Source: Bacteroidota bacterium (lineage in GTDB: Bacteria > Bacteroidota > Ignavibacteria > Ignavibacteriales > Ignavibacteriaceae). From it: a stretch of 32,667 bases of DNA. The stretch spans positions 1-32,667 of the forward strand of contig JAUZPC010000001.1 in the NCBI GenBank assembly GCA_030706105.1. Reading direction: 5' to 3'. A model generated the notes under the pieces. The model saw only the letters and a list, made by a program, of their open reading frames with translations. It did not search any database and had not been told where the DNA came from. The translations under genes and the position numbers were made by a program. Shown piece by piece: positions 29,723-32,667 of the stretch; position 1 is the first letter of the stretch, and each line of letters opens with the position of its first letter.

Positions 29723-30244
29723 TTATGCTGCCTTAGACTTAGCAATTTCATCTATAACACTTACTAAATCTCTAATTACAGCATTAAGAGCGCCAACTAT
29801 ACCAGAAGCCGGTGAGTTTAAGCTGCCCAAAATACCTGCAATGATTTCTGCTTTTGTTGGAAGTGTTGCAAGTTCTGCTAACTGATTTCCGTCAAAATAC
29901 TGATCTTCTATATAACAGGCTTTTAATGCTAATTTTTGGCTAGCATCAAAATATTTTTTTATAATTTTTGCAGGGGCAACCGGGTTGTCATATGCAAAAG
30001 CATAGCCGGTCATTCCTTCTAAATTTTCTGCTAATTTAGCATATTTACCAGTCTCATTTACCGCACGTATAAAAAATGTATTCTTAAATACTTTATACTG
30101 TACGCCTTCTTTGCGGAATTCATTTCTGATATTGCTTATATCAGCAACGTTAATTCTTGCATAGTCTGTTAAATATACAGCAGAGGATTTATTGATTATC
30201 TCCTTAATCTCGGAAATAACCTCTGACTTTTCATTCTTGTTCAT
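29723..30244 (-). CDS. rplJ: 50S ribosomal protein L10
   Basis: 173 aa. ...AVYLTDYARINVADISNIRNEFRKEGVQYKVFKNT... Position between rplA and rplL. GGGAGA lies upstream of the ATG. Confidence 0.95.
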   Translation of the reverse strand: MNKNEKSEVISEIKEIINKSSAVYLTDYARINVADISNIRNEFRKEGVQYKVFKNTFFIRAVNETGKYAKLAENLEGMTGYAFAYDNPVAPAKIIKKYFDASQKLALKACYIEDQYFDGNQLAELATLPTKAEIIAGILGSLNSPASGIVGALNAVIRDLVSVIDEIAKSKAA

Positions 30245-30288
30245 TTATCTCCCATACGTGATTTATTTAATCAAGTCGGTTAGAAGCA

Positions 30289-30317
30289 TTTATATAATAA
30301 TTAACTGAGCGCGTAAA
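30289..30317 (-). promoter_or_regulatory. Candidate rplJ (L10 operon) promoter TTTACG-17 nt-TATAAA
   Basis: The minus strand reads TTTACG (30312-30317), a 17-nt spacer, then TATAAA (30289-30294), about 45 nt upstream of the rplJ ATG. Sequence match only, in an AT-rich spacer where such matches arise by chance. Confidence 0.25.
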
Positions 30318-30322
30318 CTTTT

Positions 30323-31018
30323 TTATAGAGCCGGAATCTCATCCCGGGTAATTTTCAAACCAGGACCCATAGTGCTAGAAAGGAACAAACTTTTAACATA
30401 TTGTCCTTTTGCAGAAGTTGGTCTTAATTTAACAATAGTATTCAAAAAAGCTTTGGTGTTTTCTACTAACTGATTAGGTTCAAAGTTTAATTTACCTAAT
30501 GAAGTATGAACAATACCTGCTTTTTCAACTCTAAATTCAATTTTTCCTGCTTTAACCTCTTTAACTGCTTTAGCAACGTCCATCGTTACAGTACCGCTTT
30601 TAGGATTAGGCATAAGGCCCTTAGGACCTAATATTTTACCCATTTTACCAAGGTCAGCCATTGTATCCGGAGTAGCAATAATAACATCAATATCAGACCA
30701 GCCGCCTTTAATTTTTTCAAGGTAATCTTCAAATCCGGCAAAGTCAGCCCCGGCCTCTAAAGCTTCCTCAGCTTTTGCACCTTTGGCAATAACTAAAACC
30801 TTAACTGGTTTACCCGTACCATGAGGCAGGGAAACAGTACTTCTAATCATCTGGTCTGCATGGCGTGGGTCAACGCCTAATCTTATTGCACAGTCCAGAG
30901 ACTCTACGAATTTTAGAGATGTGCTATCTCTTAAGACATTTATAGCCTCTAAGAGAGTATATTCCTTAGCGGTATCTACGGATTTCCCGATAGATTTCAT
31001 TCTTTTAGACATTTTCAT
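30323..31018 (-). CDS. rplA: 50S ribosomal protein L1
   Basis: 231 aa. ...[35 protein letters not shown]... and ...[17 protein letters not shown]. The start could be the second ATG (31010-31012, MSKRMK...). No strong SD precedes either. Confidence 0.95.
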   Translation of the reverse strand: MKMSKRMKSIGKSVDTAKEYTLLEAINVLRDSTSLKFVESLDCAIRLGVDPRHADQMIRSTVSLPHGTGKPVKVLVIAKGAKAEEALEAGADFAGFEDYLEKIKGGWSDIDVIIATPDTMADLGKMGKILGPKGLMPNPKSGTVTMDVAKAVKEVKAGKIEFRVEKAGIVHTSLGKLNFEPNQLVENTKAFLNTIVKLRPTSAKGQYVKSLFLSSTMGPGLKITRDEIPAL

Positions 31019-31050
31019 TTCAATACCAATCTTATCTATATGGTAAAAAA

Positions 31051-31476
31051 TTAATCTTCAACAGTAAAGCCCATACTTCTTGCTGTACCGGCAACCATAC
31101 TGGCTGCATGTTCAATATCAAAAGCATTAAGATCAGGCATTTTTAGTTGAGCAATTTCTTTTACTTGTTCTTTAGTAACCTTAGCAACTTTATTTCTATT
31201 TGGTTCGGCAGAACCATGTTCTACTTTTGCAGCTTTTTTTAATAAAACTGCAGCTGGAGGTGTTTTAGTAATAAAGGTAAAAGACTTATCAGAGAAAACA
31301 GTTATTACAACTGGAATTATAAGTCCGTCTTTATCTGCTGTGCGAGCATTAAACTGTTTACAAAACTCCATTATGTTTACACCTTTTTGACCCAAAGCTG
31401 GACCAACTGGAGGTGATGGATTTGCCTTACCGGCAGGGATCTGCAATTTTACATATCCGGTTATCTTCTTAGCCAT
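31051..31476 (-). CDS. rplK: 50S ribosomal protein L11
   Basis: 141 aa. [43 protein letters not shown]... is near-consensus L11. Confidence 0.98.
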   Translation of the reverse strand: MAKKITGYVKLQIPAGKANPSPPVGPALGQKGVNIMEFCKQFNARTADKDGLIIPVVITVFSDKSFTFITKTPPAAVLLKKAAKVEHGSAEPNRNKVAKVTKEQVKEIAQLKMPDLNAFDIEHAASMVAGTARSMGFTVED

Positions 31477-31496
31477 TAGAATACCTATTTACATTT

Positions 31497-32036
31497 TTAT
31501 TTTTCTAATTCTGCTTGAGTAAAGTCTATTTCAACAGGGGTCTTTCTCCCAAATATTGAAACCATGACTTTTATCTTCATTTTTTCTTCGTTTACTTCTT
31601 GGACCGTTCCGGTAAAATTATTGAAAGGACCATCTATTATTTTAACAGTATCGCCACTCCTAAAAATTGTTTCCAATCTTTCGGTGTCTTCGTCTTGCGT
31701 AATGCGTCCAACAATTCTCTTTACTTCATCCGGGTGAAGCGGGTTAGGATTTTGTCCTGTACCCAAAAAACTTAAAACAGACTGGCAATTAAGAATAAAC
31801 TCCCTCACTTGCACATCAAGATCAGCTTGGACCAAGATGTAACCCGGGAAGAAATTTTTTGTTTTAGTTCTTTTTTTGCCATCTTTAACTTCAAAAACTT
31901 TTTCCATAGGAACCAGGATCTGATGAATCTTAGCCTGTAATCTTTCGCTTTCTTTTAAATCAGCTTCTAAAAGAGTTTTGGCTTTGTTTTCATGACCCGA
32001 AATTGTTCTAACGACGTACCATTTAGCTTCGTTCAC
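31497..32036 (-). CDS. nusG: Transcription termination/antitermination factor NusG
   Basis: 179 aa. ...KWYVVRTISGHENKAK... (NGN domain) and a C-terminal KOW motif ...GDTVKIIDGPFNNFTGTVQEVN. GTG start (32034-32036), 5 nt after AGGA. Confidence 0.96.
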   Translation of the reverse strand: MNEAKWYVVRTISGHENKAKTLLEADLKESERLQAKIHQILVPMEKVFEVKDGKKRTKTKNFFPGYILVQADLDVQVREFILNCQSVLSFLGTGQNPNPLHPDEVKRIVGRITQDEDTERLETIFRSGDTVKIIDGPFNNFTGTVQEVNEEKMKIKVMVSIFGRKTPVEIDFTQAELEK

Positions 32037-32045
32037 AAGGTTCCT

Positions 32046-32228
32046 TTAAAATATACCCTGAAAAATTTTCACAACTGCAAAGTCAATTACATAAGTAAAT
32101 GCAGCCAAGATAAGACAAACCACAATTACAATAGTTGTAGATTCTTGTAGTTCGCTTTTAGACGGCCAAGTTACTTTTTTCATTTCCTTGGCAACATCTT
32201 TAAAAAAGTTTAAGATTTTATCTTTCAT
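32046..32228 (-). CDS. secE: Preprotein translocase subunit SecE
   Basis: 60 aa. ...FFKDVAKEMKKVTWPSKSELQESTTIVIVVCLILAAFTYVIDF shows the conserved KV.WP motif plus a single TM helix. Position between tRNA-Trp and nusG. Confidence 0.93.
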   Translation of the reverse strand: MKDKILNFFKDVAKEMKKVTWPSKSELQESTTIVIVVCLILAAFTYVIDFAVVKIFQGIF

Positions 32229-32248
32229 ATATCAATCTGTTTATTTCG

Positions 32249-32321
32249 CACGGCAGGAGAGACTCGAACTCCCAACCTGCGGTTTTGGAGACCGCTGCTC
32301 TACCAATTGAGCCACTGCCGT
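32249..32321 (-). tRNA. tRNA-Trp (anticodon CCA)
   Basis: The hand-folded cloverleaf is ACGGCAG UG GCUC AAUUGGUA GAGC A GCGGU CUCCAAA ACCGC AGGUU GGGAG UUCGAGU CUCUC CUGCCGU G. All stems pair, with one G-U in the T stem. G73 discriminator and no encoded CCA. It has the classic position upstream of secE. Confidence 0.9.
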
Positions 32322-32328
32322 AGAAAAA

Positions 32329-32478
32329 TTACTTTGTTTCTTTATGAATAGTATGTTTTTTATCCCAACGGCAATATTTTTTCTGTTCAACACGCCCTGG
32401 GTGTAATCTTTTATTTTTTGTAGTAGTGTAATTTCTTCTTTTACACTCTGTACATTCTAAAGTTATTGTATCTCTCAT
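32329..32478 (-). CDS. rpmG: 50S ribosomal protein L33
   Basis: Too short for the ORF track. Hand translation from ATG (32476-32478) to TAA (32329-32331) gives [49 protein letters not shown], 49 aa. [11 protein letters not shown]...KNKR and KYC...KH are hallmark L33 motifs. Confidence 0.92.
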   Translation of the reverse strand: MRDTITLECTECKRRNYTTTKNKRLHPGRVEQKKYCRWDKKHTIHKETK

Positions 32479-32510
32479 AATCTTATTTTAACTTTATAAA
32501 TTTTTGAAAG

Positions 32511-32583
32511 AGCTGACGACCGGGATTGAACCGGTGACCTCATCCTTACCAAGGATGTGCTCTACCAACTGAGCTACGTCAGC
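32511..32583 (-). tRNA. tRNA-Thr (anticodon GGU)
   Basis: The hand-folded cloverleaf is GCUGACG UA GCUC AGUUGGUA GAGC A CAUCC UUGGUAA GGAUG AGGUC ACCGG UUCAAUC CCGGU CGUCAGC U. All stems are Watson-Crick. No encoded CCA. Confidence 0.9.
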
Positions 32584-32600
32584 TTGTTTCTTTATGGCAG

Positions 32601-32667
32601 AGCGGGAGACGGGACTCGAACCCGCGACCAACAGCTTGGAAGGCTGTGACTCTAGCCAGCTGAGTTA
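32601..32667 (-). tRNA. tRNA-Gly (anticodon UCC), partial (5' acceptor strand lies beyond the window end)
   Basis: The visible part is UA ACUC AGCUGGCUA GAGU C ACAGC CUUCCAA GCUGU UGGUC GCGGG UUCGAGU CCCGU CUCCCGC U. The D, anticodon and T arms pair. The 3' acceptor strand CUCCCGC implies a missing 5' GCGGGAG. U73 discriminator as in bacterial tRNA-Gly. Confidence 0.85.

Noticed and set aside
1282-29885. All remaining plus-strand track ORFs (for example 1282-1509, 2767-2979, 5203-5523, 12158-12523, 17239-17514, 19905-20192, 21285-21665, 27853-28095, 29471-29704, 29604-29885)
   Set aside because: Each lies antisense within, or straddles, a confidently identified conserved gene. All are short and of low complexity. 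None sits in an intergenic gap.
1-32667. Search by eye for CRISPR-like direct repeats, IS or transposon terminal inverted repeats, integrase, toxin or defence genes, prophage remnants, or long unexplained non-coding regions
   Set aside because: None was seen. The four spacers over 100 bp (810-1099, 8383-8513, 20940-21097, 29151-29307) are mostly explained by promoters, terminators or a tRNA, and 810-1099 only in part. A computational repeat and composition scan would still be worthwhile, since I cannot do that exhaustively by eye.

Overview
This window is a low-GC bacterial chromosome segment made up almost entirely of one co-directional, minus-strand block of core translation and transcription genes. 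Reading along the minus strand from the high-coordinate end, the order is:
- tRNA-Gly(UCC) (cut by the window edge), tRNA-Thr(GGU), rpmG, tRNA-Trp(CCA), secE, nusG
- rplK-rplA-rplJ-rplL, rpoB, rpoC
- rpsL-rpsG-fusA-tuf
- the S10 operon (rpsJ to rpsQ)
- the spc operon (rplN to secY, then map, infA, rpmJ; no adk)
- the alpha operon (rpsM-rpsK-rpsD-rpoA-rplQ)
- the ribosome-assembly GTPase engB
- the 5' part of a membrane-anchored GAF-domain gene that runs off the window start

Three genes are missing from the supplied ORF track and were found by hand translation. They are rpmJ (L36), rpmG (L33) and the partial GAF gene. Four tRNAs were folded by hand, and none encodes its 3' CCA.

Several track ORFs start too far upstream at TTG codons. 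I trimmed rplR, rplF, rplV and infA using Shine-Dalgarno spacing and conserved N-termini. All plus-strand track ORFs lie antisense to these conserved genes and I treat them as spurious.

Gene order (secY followed directly by map, a single tuf in the str operon) and a TAnnTTTG-like promoter element are compatible with an FCB-group (Bacteroidota/Ignavibacteria-like) organism. That placement is only a guess.

I see no CRISPR array, mobile element, defence or toxin locus, or other accessory system. This is an ordinary, highly conserved housekeeping region, and I cannot support a claim of a novel system here.

The most unusual item is a well-formed tRNA-Gln(UUG) gene inside the spc operon between rplR and rpsE. 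Lesser observations are:
- an intrinsic terminator whose U-tract abuts the engB start codon
- lysine-rich extensions on L5 and L17
- hairpins in the rplL-rpoB and tuf-rpsJ spacers

All coordinates for hairpins, tRNAs and promoters were derived by hand and should be re-verified computationally.
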